This document shows positions 35,101 to 47,350 of a stretch of 64,000 nucleotides of DNA, piece by piece. Location of the stretch: positions 61,194,001 through 61,258,000 of the forward strand of contig CM126209.1 in NCBI GenBank assembly GCA_052327205.1, given 5' to 3'. Within the stretch, counting starts at the first letter, position 1. Each line of letters opens with the position of its first letter. Below the pieces are notes generated by a model that made no database searches, had not been told where the DNA came from, and saw only the letters and a program-made list of their open reading frames with translations. Both the position numbers and the translations under genes were made by a program. The DNA is from Somniosus microcephalus (lineage: Eukaryota).

Positions 35101-36699
35101 AAGCAACATTGAGCCGCATCAATTCAAAGACGCCATTAGTGCCCCTATAGAATGTGAATTGAAGCGTATTACATATTCTTACCTGTCAACCGCGTCCACA
35201 TGTTGAATAAAGCCAAAATGCCACCCCGAAAATGTGATGGGATCATGCAGAATCGAGTCCCATTTCGGCAGAGCGGTAGTAATGTTTGAAATACAGCCCG
35301 GTAAATTAACTTGTACCTTTAACTATTTATTGTAATTTGGTCGAAACATTTTACACGAAATGACGAACTAATTAAACTAACCAATTGTGATTTTATCAGG
35401 GGATAATGTGTGCGAGCTTTTAACTTGTGAATCGCTGCCCCTTCTCACCCTGTGGAATTCAATCTTTTTCTTTACTAAATTAAAAAATATCTTCTGGTTC
35501 CTCGTGCGAAATAAGCAAATAAGAACAGGAAAATAATTATGGTGATAATTCTCTTTGATTTTTCGCTTGACATCTGAAGCTGCACAGTTTCCCTGATGCT
35601 TAAAAGTACTTATATTATAACTCGCCTTGAGTATTTTGAAAGCCTTACCCGATCAATAATTTAGCGTGATAGCGAAATGTTCAAAATGTTAGTTTTGTTT
35701 GTGCAAACGTGTTTAGTTAAAAAAAATAAACAAATGTATATTGAAACTCCGAAGTGTTAGAAGCTACTTGTTATACATTTAACACTGTTTCGTTATACAT
35801 TTAACGCTATATTCCACAACCATCTTGTAATACACATTCCCCTTGAAGTATTGCTAACTCCCTAATGGAGAAGTGAGAACACTGATTTAAAATGTTGATT
35901 GGTTTGTGGATGTTTCATTCCCTAAAACAATTTGTCACCGTGAGCTACAAGGCAGGCCGCTCATCAACCAGGAGCTAAACGTGAATCTGACAACAATCCT
36001 TGAAAAGTCTTCACAGTTAACAACAAGCATTGCTGACGTGACGCTTGGTTCTGACACAACTCTGTTCTTTTTCTCAGTTAGATGGGATGGTCACTGTTCA
36101 TTAATAACACAAAATACTACTTATGTTTTTTTTAAGTTTGAGAATTAGAAAAATCATAACAATAAATAATTACTGTCAACTATTTAATCAGAGTTTCAGA
36201 ATCTTTTCTTTTGGTCGGGGCTGCTGTCGGTTTATTTCCCCTCCTACAATTTCAAGCATTTATTGAGCGGCTCTGCTGAAGTATTCAGACTGGAAGCGAA
36301 TATTGCGCTGAATTCCCAGCAGCGACGCCAATACTAATGCTGGTGTTCGTAGTCGTTTCTACTTCTGGAGGCAAACTAGTATTTTTCCTCCAGCCGCGGG
36401 CTGAAGACAACAGCTGTCGCCATCTACAGGGGCAGCGGATGCCAGGATTCTGCCGAGCCGCTGGTGAACTGTTTTGTTTTCTCTAAATGTGACTTTTTTT
36501 TGGTTGAGATGAGACAGTTGCCAGAAATACTGAATGTTACAAATGAGCCATATTTCATAAGGTGAACGGCACTGGCAGTAAATAGACGGTGGCGGTATCT
36601 GTGGGCACTTCTGGCACAAAGTCCTACAGTGGACTAACCATGTGCTGACTGTCTGCACGGCGGCTTCTCTCTGGGTTTACCTGGGGCAATGCATTTTCA

Positions 36700-37070
36700 T
36701 CTCCCTTCCCCTGTCACCTGCAAGTGGCTCTGCCCTCCAGTGCGGCTGCGCATCCAGACAAAGGGGCGGCTCGACCAGTCTGAGCCCGAGCTGGGGACCG
36801 CCAGCCAATCACCGAGCGACCAATGAAGGGAAATTGACAGGGGCCCCGAGGCCCCGCCCACGCCCATAGAAATCTGTGGCTCGCTGGAGTTTTGATAAGT
36901 TTAAGGGAGCGCTTAAAGTTCACAGCAGGAATATCCCGTCCGCTCCGTTAGCCCTGAGCCCCGCACCGGTTCTTTTGGCATCTGCTTCCCCCTTGCTCGA
37001 TCCGCCCTGAGCAACCAAGCCGAGTCGCGCTGAAGGAGTCCTCCCGGGAGACCAGCGGACAGCGGCCGTC
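36700..37070 (+). promoter_or_regulatory. HHEX CpG-island promoter and 5' UTR
   Basis: CCAAT at 36805 and 36820, GC box CCCCGCCC at ~36852, TATA-like CATAGAAAT at ~36864, TGATAAG at ~36893; CpG-dense through exon 1. Confidence 0.75.
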
Positions 37071-37431
37071 ATGCAATACCAGCACCCCAGCAACTCCTCC
37101 TCGGCCATGAGTGTGAGCCTGCCGCTGTACGCGCCCACCCCGATGCAAGCGGTGCACCCGACCCCCTTCTACATCGACGACATCCTGGGACGCAACGGGG
37201 CTCCTCACCCCAGCACAGTGACCGGGCCGGCTCTGCCCTCGCCAAATTCGTCCTTCACCAGCATCGCTTCCCCGTACCGGACTCCAATCTACGAACCGAC
37301 TCCAATCCACCCCGCTTTCCACCACCCGGCTCTGACCCCGTACGGTAGCAGCGCCTTCACCGGGCCCCTGTACCCCTTTGCCAGGACTGTGAACGACTAC
37401 ACGCACGCATTCCTCAGACAGGACAGCCTGG
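37071..37431 (+). CDS. HHEX: HHEX exon 1 (proline-rich domain, eh1 motif)
   Basis: gccgtcATG; MQYQHP...VPLYAPTP-like, HPTPFYIDDILG, YRTPIYEPTPIHPAF; donor gtaaga; 361 bp. Confidence 0.97.
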
Positions 37432-39596
37432 GTAAGAACTAGCTCTGTTTCCGATTTCTTCTCATTGCGATGAACAGGCTGCAGTTTTTAAGTCAGTTCT
37501 CTTTTTTTTTGGTATTGTTTTGCAGCAAATAGGGGAATTCTGCAGCGGGAGTGGGTCGTTTCCTTTGTGAGATGCCATTTAAATTGGGCATCGAGAAAAT
37601 ACAATCATCCCTACCAAATACGTTTTTATTGCTTTAGCTGCACTGAATTTAAAGGATTAAAAAAATAGTGCGAAAGTGATCAGTCGGAGACAATTCGATC
37701 GCCCGTTTTCTTTCGACGATTTAAATATAAAATGTAAAAGTCGTTTGCCATAATTGACACCAGTTGGCAATTCAATTACAGGGACAATTTCAAAATTTCC
37801 AGAGCTTGTGGAATTATAGTTGCGAGCACAAATTTCGAAACTAACTCAGATGCCTTGTACACATCATCCCGTGATGCGATTACGGAGCTAAATGATTTCC
37901 ATTGAAATTAAACCTTTTATGTTACCCCTTTTCTTCAAATAATAAACTGCACGAATATCTGACTTTAAGGAGCCGAAAACGAAAATGAAAGGACTTTATT
38001 TGCAGTTTGTTCTTTTACGCATTAATTCTACCCGACAAACTCCCTTGGGAGAAGGGGGTTGTCAGAAATCTTTACCAACCCCGACATCGGCCGTAGATTA
38101 TTATAATTCTTTTTCAAATCGTTGCCAAGTCATATTTTTAAATAGTCATTCAAATACAATACATTATCCCATAAATGTAAGCGAGATTTGCTTTTAAAAA
38201 TCCATTCACTCATAGGTCACACTGTAGAAATTGCACCTTGGGCTAGTTTAACAGCTTGTGCTCTGAAAGGCTGACCTTTTTCCGTTCATACAGGAAATCT
38301 TGAGTTCTCGATAGGAGTAAATCTGGTTACAGAGCTGTTAAATGTTTTCCTCTCATGCAGAGGCAGACTCTTCCCCGGGAGTCGTGCACACTGCTGATTA
38401 TTTTATCGACATCCTCAATACAGACATATACAGGAAACACTCGAGTTCTGATAGCCGGGATACGTTTTTCTGATATTGTTCATTTCCTCTGTGTGGGATG
38501 TGACTTTATACCAGCTAAAATAACCAGTTGCTTCCTATTTTTGTGGCTGCTTTGTAGCAATTGGAAGTGGGGACTGACGCAAGCGAAACTCGCGTTAAAT
38601 AACAGCTACACGGAATTTAGAAAGATTTAATTGCGTTTTGATTTTCGCTGAAGTCAATTTTTGAATGTGCATTATTTTAACATTCTAGTTGGGGCAGTTA
38701 TCTGGGTAAAGTGGACGAGTATTTCGTTACTTTAATGGCAAACAAATGGGCACTTTCGGGGAATAAAACAGTAAGAACTGAAATCCATGCGAAGTAATTT
38801 GATAAGCCTATAGCATCACATGATACATTTATTCGGTGTTAACTGGAATGTAACTAAGATTACACTACTGTATAGTTTATATTCAACCAGACATCACGTT
38901 AGAAGTGTATAGTAAAATAGCCCAGTCGTCTATACACAGAATTAAAAAAAATTAACGCATTTTAGAGAACACTTTTACTATAATGGAACTGTTACATAGA
39001 AACCACAAAGCGGCCTATCGCGGCTTCCTTGACTCATTTTTGTCAACGAGCAGAAGGAAATAACAGCCCTTTTGCAAGATAGACCAACAGGAAACACATT
39101 GACGGAAATGTTGCCATAGTCCTGAGTTGGTAGGTTTCACACAAACCTTCAAGGCTTGTATGAAATCAATGTTGCATTGTGAGAAAGAAAAAGAGATCCC
39201 GGAGCTTGTTTTTTTCCGGGTCCTTGTCCTTTGCTTTCGGAGCTTTTATCATACACCGCCTACCAAGGGCAGCAAACATAAATCAGAACAGGTTTAACAT
39301 TTTATAATCGACAAATAAATAAATGAGCAAGTTGTAGTCAGATTTATCCCATTGCTAATATATAATTCTATAATAATAATGAGATTAAATAATTCTGGAT
39401 TTCCATCTTCTGCTTTATTTTTATGTAGATCTTTGATTTAATGTATTATGAATAAAAGTCTATACAACAGTCTGATTTTACAACAGCCAACTACTGAAAT
39501 AACATTTCAATGTAATTTTAATCCCTTGACACAATTAGCACTTTGTGATATGATCACACGTTATCATTCCTATTGTTTTGTCTGATTTTCCTACAG

Positions 39597-39775
39597 GAAA
39601 ACCATTGATATGGAGCCATTTTATTCAAAGGCCGCCGCACAAAAGAAAAGGAGGACAAGTTCGATTCTCAAACGATCAGACCATTGAACTGGAAAAGAAA
39701 TTTGAGACCCAGAAATATCTCTCCCCCCCTGAACGAAAAAGACTCGCTAAGATGTTGCAGCTCAGCGAGAGACAG
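39597..39775 (+). CDS. HHEX: HHEX exon 2 (homeodomain N-terminal part)
   Basis: tacag/gtacat; KPLIWSHFIQRPPHKRKGGQVRFSNDQTIELEKKFETQKYLSPPERKRLAKMLQLSERQ; 179 bp. Confidence 0.98.
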
Positions 39776-40346
39776 GTACATGAAAAGTATGATAAACAAT
39801 TGCAAGTACGGTGTTAAACAGTTTCCATGCCAAAATATTTCTTGCTGTAGGGATTTACAAGTCCAGCACGGGTATATGCTAATTGCACCGAATATAAACA
39901 TTTTGATAATGAAAATGTTCAATTTTTTAAATTGAAATTTTATATTTTTATATACGAAAATGCTAACTTCGTACAAAAACAAAATGAATCCAACTGGTGT
40001 TTTCCACGGGTATGATTTAGAATAATATTTCTTCTGATCTTTCTATTGATAGAGTGCCTGTAACTGCTTGATAAGAGTGTGTTCCTGCCGCATTTTATTA
40101 GTGTTTCATTCGATGAATATTTCTTCATATCTAATTCTTCATATTTAATGGGCTCTTTGTCTTCCTCATTTTTGAGCTTTTGTTAATTCTGAGTAACAAG
40201 GTATTTAAGATTTTTTTTTAAAACCTCTAAAAATGCTTTCCACGCTATAATCCTCAAAACACACTGATTTTATGTACATATTTCCTGCAGAAATCTCAGG
40301 GGAAATATCCACTCCACTAAAACTCAGGGTGGTTTTTTTGTTGCAG

Positions 40347-40397
40347 GTTAAGACTTGGTTTCAGAATCGCAGAGCTAAATGGCGGCGGCTGAAACAG
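40347..40397 (+). CDS. HHEX: HHEX exon 3 (homeodomain helix 3)
   Basis: tgcag/gtaggg; VKTWFQNRRAKWRRLKQ; 51 bp. Confidence 0.98.
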
Positions 40398-42787
40398 GTA
40401 GGGAGATTGTGCTGCCATCTACTCTCTGTGGAGACTGAGCTTTTGGTTGTCATGGAAATGAATGTTCTAATGAACTTATCTTTAATGTCAGAACCTATTA
40501 TATTTTGTGTGCTAAAGTAATTTGAAAGGTTATTTAACCTCTTTACCTTGATTGAAAAGACAAATAGTCACGCTGGAATTCAGGATGAACCACTGGAGCT
40601 GCACAAATGTTAAAAGCTTCTAATGTAGTTCCTATATCAATTATTTTGGCCGTTTCACGCTCTCCGCATTAGGAATCTATTAATTCTTCAGCAATCCCAT
40701 ATGTTGTTTGTCCAATTAATACTTGCGGACCAACGTAAATGTCAGCAAAGTATCCACGCAATTCAAAGAATATTTATTGTTCCATCGTTCAACGAGCACA
40801 CGCATTTATGAAATTATTGACATGCATTACGTCATACACCTGGCACATTATATTTTCAGCTTCAAACATTAAGCTGCACCTACGAATTTCGACAGCAGCC
40901 TGTTGGCAGCAGGCTATAAAAGTATAGAGCACTATAGGAACTGCGAACACGTATCGTTTAAGAAGTTTAGCCCATGAGGGAAAAGTGTAATGCGTTCGTT
41001 ACAAATATATTCACTACTATTGCGACTTTTCTTTGTTTACCAGACAGTTTGAAATAGTTTTGTTTCGTCCAGTTTAGAAGGAAGTTTGAGGCAATGTGGC
41101 CTTAAATCTTGAAAAAAAAATCAAAAGGAAACTGCATACAATTTTGTCAGAGTACAAACGATAGTTTGCCACTTAGAACCTTATTCTAGTCGGAACTATA
41201 TTTTAAACAATTAGACTTTTTAATATTTTTTAAATAAAAGTTATTTTTAAGTTCAGAAGAATCAAGATGGCGAAGTTTAATATTTGAAACGGGACAATCC
41301 CATTGGCTGGCCAGTGGACTCTTCATTCTCAGTGGAGTCTCAAGTTGGTGGCAGTTAATTTAAATATCAAAACCAAATGGGCTTGTTCTTAAAGGGGCCG
41401 CACACTGCTGACAGCACAGCTCCAGCGCACACCAGGAACAGCCGATTGCACAATGACATTCCTGATATAGTACAAATACGTTGTATCCGGTCCATTTTTG
41501 ATGTAATTAATATTAGTGGAGTATAGCTGTTCCCGTTCTATAAGAGTCAGTTGTAAGCAATATGTTGAGTTCCAGACCTTTTAACTGTAAATAAAATTAT
41601 GTGGTAAACACTAACGCTCCGAAATTGTTCTCAAAGTAGGAGTGTATACTTTTAATATTATAATTATTATAAACGGACTGTATGCTTTCTCAGTGATCAA
41701 CTGTGACTGTAGATAAGCTTAGAGCGATAAGATCACCATCATTAATCTTTCAGATTTGCATGACATTCGCTACTAGCCAAAGAGGAACTAATAAAAAACA
41801 ACAACCCCACAAAATCCACAGTAGAGACTCGACTACTTAATAGGATACTGCATTACTATTATGGAGTTGCAGGCGTGTGGAAGCAAAGTAATTGGGCCTG
41901 ACATCGCTCTATCGTTTTGCTATGGTATCTTTGCTGTCTCTTGCAACTATACAAGCGGCAGTTACTTGTGCAGGTTCAGCTTTTCAAACTGTTCCATAAC
42001 AAGTATTCCCTTTTAACTCCTGTAACTCTTGTCATTTCACCAAAGGCTACAGAAGTATTATACAGTCGAGAGTGCTAGCCAAACCAGTTCATTCCCCAGG
42101 CAAGAGGGGAGAGGAAACATTTTAGTTACCCATTCTGGGCACACATATTGTTTGCTGCCTCCTCCAACTAGGAGTGTTTGTGTTGAATTTGCAGGCTGCC
42201 ACGTCTGCTTAACAGGGAAACATCAACTTGGATGATGCTGCCCGCCCCTGAGGTTCGGTGCACCAAAAGGTTCTCTATTGAGAGTTTTCTGCCAGTTTCT
42301 GCGGTAGCATGGGCCGCAAACTGGCAATGTAACGGGGCTATTAAGTCACGCCTACCTGGGCGTGGTTTAACGATAACCTCGGATGTATCAGTGCATTTTT
42401 CAAGCACCTTGCAATCAAAATGTACATCATAAAATATCCGTATGTGAATGTAAAAACACAAGCTATATCATTTGGATGTTCAGCCCATGGTTATAAACGA
42501 GAAGCGTTGCCTTCACACCATAAGACCTCAGCCGAACTCCTCTGGTGTGCTGTGGCTTCGCACTCAAGTTAAAACACAGAATGGAGGTCCAGTGAATTTT
42601 TAAACTGGCCATTATTCTCTAACAATGCGCTGTATCGACATGCATTTATTGAAAGGACAATGATGAATCGGAAAGGTTATTTAACACGTTATGAAATACG
42701 ATAAACCACGAGCTTTCAGCCACAGTAGTTATCTTGCATATCTTACTCCTGCTACTCTTAAGGTAACAATAGATATTTATTTTACAG

Positions 42788-43027
42788 GAAAATCCTCAAG
42801 GAACCAAAAGAGAAGAATCGGACAATTCGGATCAATCCATCGAAAGCCAATGCGAGAAGGGTCGAGAGAGCTGCTTGAGTCCCGATCAGAATAAAGCGGT
42901 CTTATTGAATGGGTCGCATTGCTCGACCTCCCCGGCTTCCCAGCAAAATGAATCGGAAGTGTCAGAGGACAGCGACGAAGAGGTGGACATCGATGACGAC
43001 AGGAGTACTTATCCTGCAAATGCATAA
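42788..43027 (+). CDS. HHEX: HHEX exon 4 (acidic C-terminal domain)
   Basis: tacag acceptor; ENPQGTKREE...SQQNESEVSEDSDEEVDIDDDRSTYPANA*; total CDS 831 nt. Confidence 0.95.
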   Translation, partial: ENPQGTKREESDNSDQSIESQCEKGRESCLSPDQNKAVLLNGSHCSTSPASQQNESEVSEDSDEEVDIDDDRSTYPANA

Positions 43028-43546
43028 TAAAACACATAGGGACACAAGTCGGTTGGAGAATGGAAGGATAGTGGTTTATCCTTGCACTTTACTGGGAACC
43101 GGACTGGTAGGTAGGACCAATTTCCTAAAACCACAACAATGGGAAGAATGTATAAGGTGTGAGACTCACAACCTTTTTGCATGGGTTAATGTTTAGTGAA
43201 CAGGCCCATATAAACTACCGGTCTCTAAACGCGATTGAATGGAGAGTTGTGTTTAACTCAAAATAGCACACTGTGTTATATTTATGTACAGGACATAATT
43301 TTTGAAATTCGAATATTTTAATACTTGTGTACAGAACGTGCTTTTGTTGTAATATTCCATTTTGTAAGAAAATTGTTAGACTGGAAGAAGAAAGTCGAAT
43401 AATTTATACAACCACACAAGGCTATGGCAGCCGTGCATTTGACCGGTAGCTCTCAGTAAACGCTGGTCAGTGGTTATATACCTCATATTCCAAAAGTATT
43501 GTGTATATTGTGTAAATACATGTTTTGTCGAGACGCTCACGTGGTT

Positions 43547-43740
43547 AATAAATGCAGAAAAAACCATGAAATAACTTTACATTTACTGCCCGTGTCAATC
43601 ACCAAACAGATATACAGCCTTTGGTCTTATTGTTTCTTATCTTATACCTTGCAATAAAACGTGACGATGGAATGTTATACAGCCTTTACATATATCTGTA
43701 TATATAGATCCAACAGTAAATTATTTGGTAGAAGAATAAA
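43547..43740 (+). terminator. Candidate HHEX polyadenylation signals
   Basis: AATAAA at 43547, 43653 and 43735. Confidence 0.55.
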
Positions 43741-44246
43741 TGGGGACGGTGGAGTGAACGGCAATCTAACGAATCAACCAACACACATATTCCTATTTTT
43801 ATTAAGGGCCTCTAATATTGTTCCAATTTAACAGTAATGCATATATATTGGCAAGAAGGTGTATCAGATTTATAGCCTGGATAAACTATATCTGAGGTAC
43901 ATATCTTTAGTTCAAAATCACTCCAATTTCACCATCTAAATACAATGAGGTTTCGTTCGATTTGAAGCCACTGAATCAGGTATTGGCAATTCCTTGATAT
44001 ACATGTTCTGTCGCAATGAAGAGGGATTAAAATTCCAGGTGAATGGTTTTTTTTAAACTTAATTTGCTGCCATGTAAAACAATTGAGTTCCCCCCCCCCC
44101 CCGTTAAGGCGAGGTTACATAGTATTACGTAGTATTACGTAGTATACACTGGAGTTTGGGATCACACCCATTTATTTTCAGTGCAGTCCGAATGTTGTTC
44201 TCATAAAGGATGCATTGGAAAGCTGGAGGATCTGTTTGCTGAATAG

Positions 44247-44442
44247 AAAAGCAAAATACTGCGGATGCTGGAAATCTGAAATAAAAATAGAAAATGCTGG
44301 GAGATCAGGCAGCATCTGTAGAGAGAGAATCCGAGTTAACATTCCAGGTCGAGATAAAAGGTAATTGACCTGCAACATTATTCTCTCTCCACAGATGCTG
44401 CCTGACCTGCTGAGTATTTCCAGCATGTGTTGTTTATTTTGT
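44247..44442. mobile_element. Inverted (fold-back) dimer of the Penelope-type repeat
   Basis: aaatgctgg...tcaggcagcatctgtagagagagaa...gttaac...caggtc / gacctg...ctctctccacagatgctgcctgacctgctgagtatttccagcat. Confidence 0.75.
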
Positions 44443-45009
44443 CGGGTATGAAGATCAGAGACTGTTTTAAAAATGTGAACTGTAATTTGCGTCTGCTCTT
44501 TCCCCTGACGCATCTTTTTTTATAGTGTAAGGCCGGATCGTGCTAAAATCTCAAGTTCCATTTAGAGACAAAATTAGACTTCTTGCGTTTTCCATTTTTC
44601 ATCAGCGGGTATAGTACCAGCTCCCGGACAGTAAGAGGATAAGACGCTCACAAATGAGTAATATTGCTGCTCAGAACTGACCGGAAGTTAGTAGCATTTG
44701 TGCTGACAGTTAACTTGCAAAGTAGAAAAAGCGCCAGGCACTGAAATCAAAGATTTTTTTCTCAGTCAAACAATTATCTGAATTTATTTAACTTATTTAA
44801 ATCTGAAAAGTTTGCTCCATTCTAATGTAGTATCGATTCAAGTCCCGTCTGATATTTATTCTGGGCATCATATAGTTACAATATTTTTTTAAATGTTAAT
44901 ATTTATTTAATTGAATATATTACTGGAGTTCATTACGTTTTACTGATATTCTGTGTCAACAGTAACTTTTTGTTGTCTTTTTATTCATATAGAAGGAGGG
45001 ATGTCAGTG

Positions 45010-45402
45010 CAGGCACATTCTCAGTACTCTCTGGGTAAAGAAGTTTCTTCTGAATTCCCTATTTGATTTCTTGGTGGCTATCTTATATTGATGGCCTCTA
45101 GTTTTGCTCTTCCCCACAAGTGGAAACACTCTGTGTCTATTCTATCAAAACCTTTCATAATTTTAATGCCCTCTATTAAGTTATCCCTCAGCCTTCTCTT
45201 TTCAAGAGAAAAGAGCCCCAGCCTGTTCATACTTTCCTGATACCTATAACCTCACATTTCTGGTATCATCCTTGTAAATCTTTTTTGCGCCCTCTCTGAT
45301 GCCTCTATATTATTTTTCTAATATGGTGACTTGAACTGTGCATGGTACTCCAAGTGTGGTCTAACCAAGGTTCTATACAAGTTTAACATAACCTCTCTGC
45401 TT
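45010..45402 (-). mobile_element. CR1 LINE fragment
   Basis: ctctctgggtaaagaagtttcttctg...tggcctctagtt...ccctcagccttctc...tactccaagtgtggtctaacc. Confidence 0.88.
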
Positions 45403-45811
45403 TAGACCAGGATTGGACATTATAGGTTATAGGTATAGATTGAAATGATAAAATACTCCATAGTGGGACTTATTTTAGTGTCCATTATGCCCCAAAACCA
45501 ACATAGAGTGTAATGGACCAGAAAATGGGGTGGAAATCAGTTCTGTCTGATTTCTGCCTTGTTTGTGTTGTGCTGGATTTCCAGATTGGATCTGGATGGG
45601 TGTTGGTATGTCCTATCAGAACCAGGCAGGAACCTCGATAATATCTGACAATTGGGGTAACATTACATCATTAGGATGTAGACACAATTTCACATTGTTT
45701 ATGCCCCCATAATACCAGTCTGCCCTTGCCCACAAACTATGGGCATTACTTCAATTTAGGTGGCAGATTTGAAAGTACATTTTCTAAATTGTCTAGCAGC
45801 TGCTCGCAGGT

Positions 45812-46578
45812 ACTGCTCACTATTCCAGGATCATTCTGTAATTCAAAGATAACCCCTGGCTTCTTTTCTCTACTGCAAGCCGTCTTCTTAAACCACTCTC
45901 CCCACCTCCTCCACCCTCACCTCCGAGGAGCTCATGAACATCTTTGTCTCTAAGATTGAGACCATCTGTTCAGCTGCCTCTGCTGCTTCCCTCCCTTCCT
46001 GTAGCCCATAGGGCCAAACTTCCTCTAAGGTCCCCCATGCCCTAGCCCTGAACTTGCATCTTTCTCTAGTTTCTCTCCTATCTCCCCTTATGCCCTCTCC
46101 GATATCATCTCGTCCATGAGACCCACCTCCTGCTCCCTCGACCCTATTCCCACTAAACTGCTGACTACCCAGCTTCCCTTCTTGGCCCCCATGTTAGCTG
46201 ATATTTTTAATAGTTCTCTCTCCTCAGGTACTGTCCCCCTCTCCTACAAATCTGCTGTCATCATCCCACTCCTCAAAATACCAACACTTGACCTCTCCGT
46301 CCTTGCAAACTATCACCCCATCTCCAACCTCCCTTTCCTCTCCAAAGTCCTTGGACATGCTGTTGCCTCCCAAATCCGTGCCCATCATTCCCAGAACACC
46401 ATGTTTGAATCTCTCTAATCAGGTTTTGCCCCTGCCGCAGTACTGAAATGGCTCTTTTCAAAGTCACAAATTACATCCTATGTGACTGTGACAGTGGTAA
46501 ACTATCCCTCCTCGTCCTTCTCGACCTGTCTGCAGCCTTTGACACGGTTGACCACACCATCCTCCTCCAATGCCTCTG
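45812..46578 (+). mobile_element. L2 LINE ORF2 internal fragment
   Basis: SCSLDPIPTKLL...IFNSSLSSGTVP...ANYHPISNLPFLSKVL; [12 protein letters not shown] at ~46518. Confidence 0.92.
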
Positions 46579-46579
46579 A

Positions 46580-47350
46580 CTTCAACAGCAAACACCTTCA
46601 TCACTTTTTTCATTAACATGTAGAAGCAACAGGAGAGGGTTTTACACAGATTTCAAGATTCCTCAAAGTTCAGGGCATCATAGACTGCACAGACTGTCCT
46701 TTGTGTTCCTTACCACAACACTACAGTCTTCATGAATCACAAGGTATTTCAGTCCATCAAAATTCATCTACTCCTGTCACCATCTGCACAGGTTCATGCT
46801 GGTCACTGCCTGCTTTCATGGCAGCTGCCATCATGCCTTTCTCCTACGCCATTTCTCTATTCTCCCATTATTTTATCTTGGACAATAAATGCAAGATTGG
46901 CTCCTTGGAGACCAAGGCTATCTATTGCAGTCCTAGTTAAGACACATGTATAACATTCACATACACCTGCTGCACAGGGACACAATGAGGTCTATGTTTC
47001 TATAGGAGCCTCATCAAGCACACTATAGGAATCGTGAACAAGTCTCACCTGTCTCTGATATGTTAACTCCACAGATGCTGACTCATGCTGTGCGTCTCCA
47101 GCATTTTATGGTTTTGATTCAGATGCCTTGACAGATCCAATACAGCCCAGCCAGAATATCATGCATCATCATCATTTGTTGTATGCACACAACTTTGCTG
47201 TGGAATTAGGACTGCTTATGTAGCTGCCAGGGGAGCAGGGCCTTCAGTCAACTAATGAGGGAAGACATACAAAGCACTAAGGATACTAAGAATTCTTCTG
47301 GGGAACAGTTGTCAACTACCAGAGCTGTTCAGCAAGATCTAATTAATGAA
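46580..47350 (+). pseudogene. Decayed PIF/Harbinger (HARBI1-like) transposase
   Basis: Ordered motifs across frameshifts: FLKVQGIIDCT, FMNHKVFQSIKIHL, FHGSCHHAFLLRH, WLLGDQGY, HTIGIV, FRCLDRS, YSPARISCIIIICCM-HNFA. Confidence 0.8.
47040..47121 (+). mobile_element. Short Penelope-type repeat fragment inside the transposase
   Basis: gttaactccacagatgctgactcatgctgtgcgtctccagcatttt...ttcag; separates the IGIV and FRCLD motifs. Confidence 0.6.

Noticed and set aside
36948-37406. 152-aa antisense ORF over HHEX exon 1
   Set aside because: Shadow frame of a GC-rich coding exon.
46580-47350. Functional HARBI1 gene
   Set aside because: Multiple frameshifts, a stop, altered acidic residues and TE insertions.
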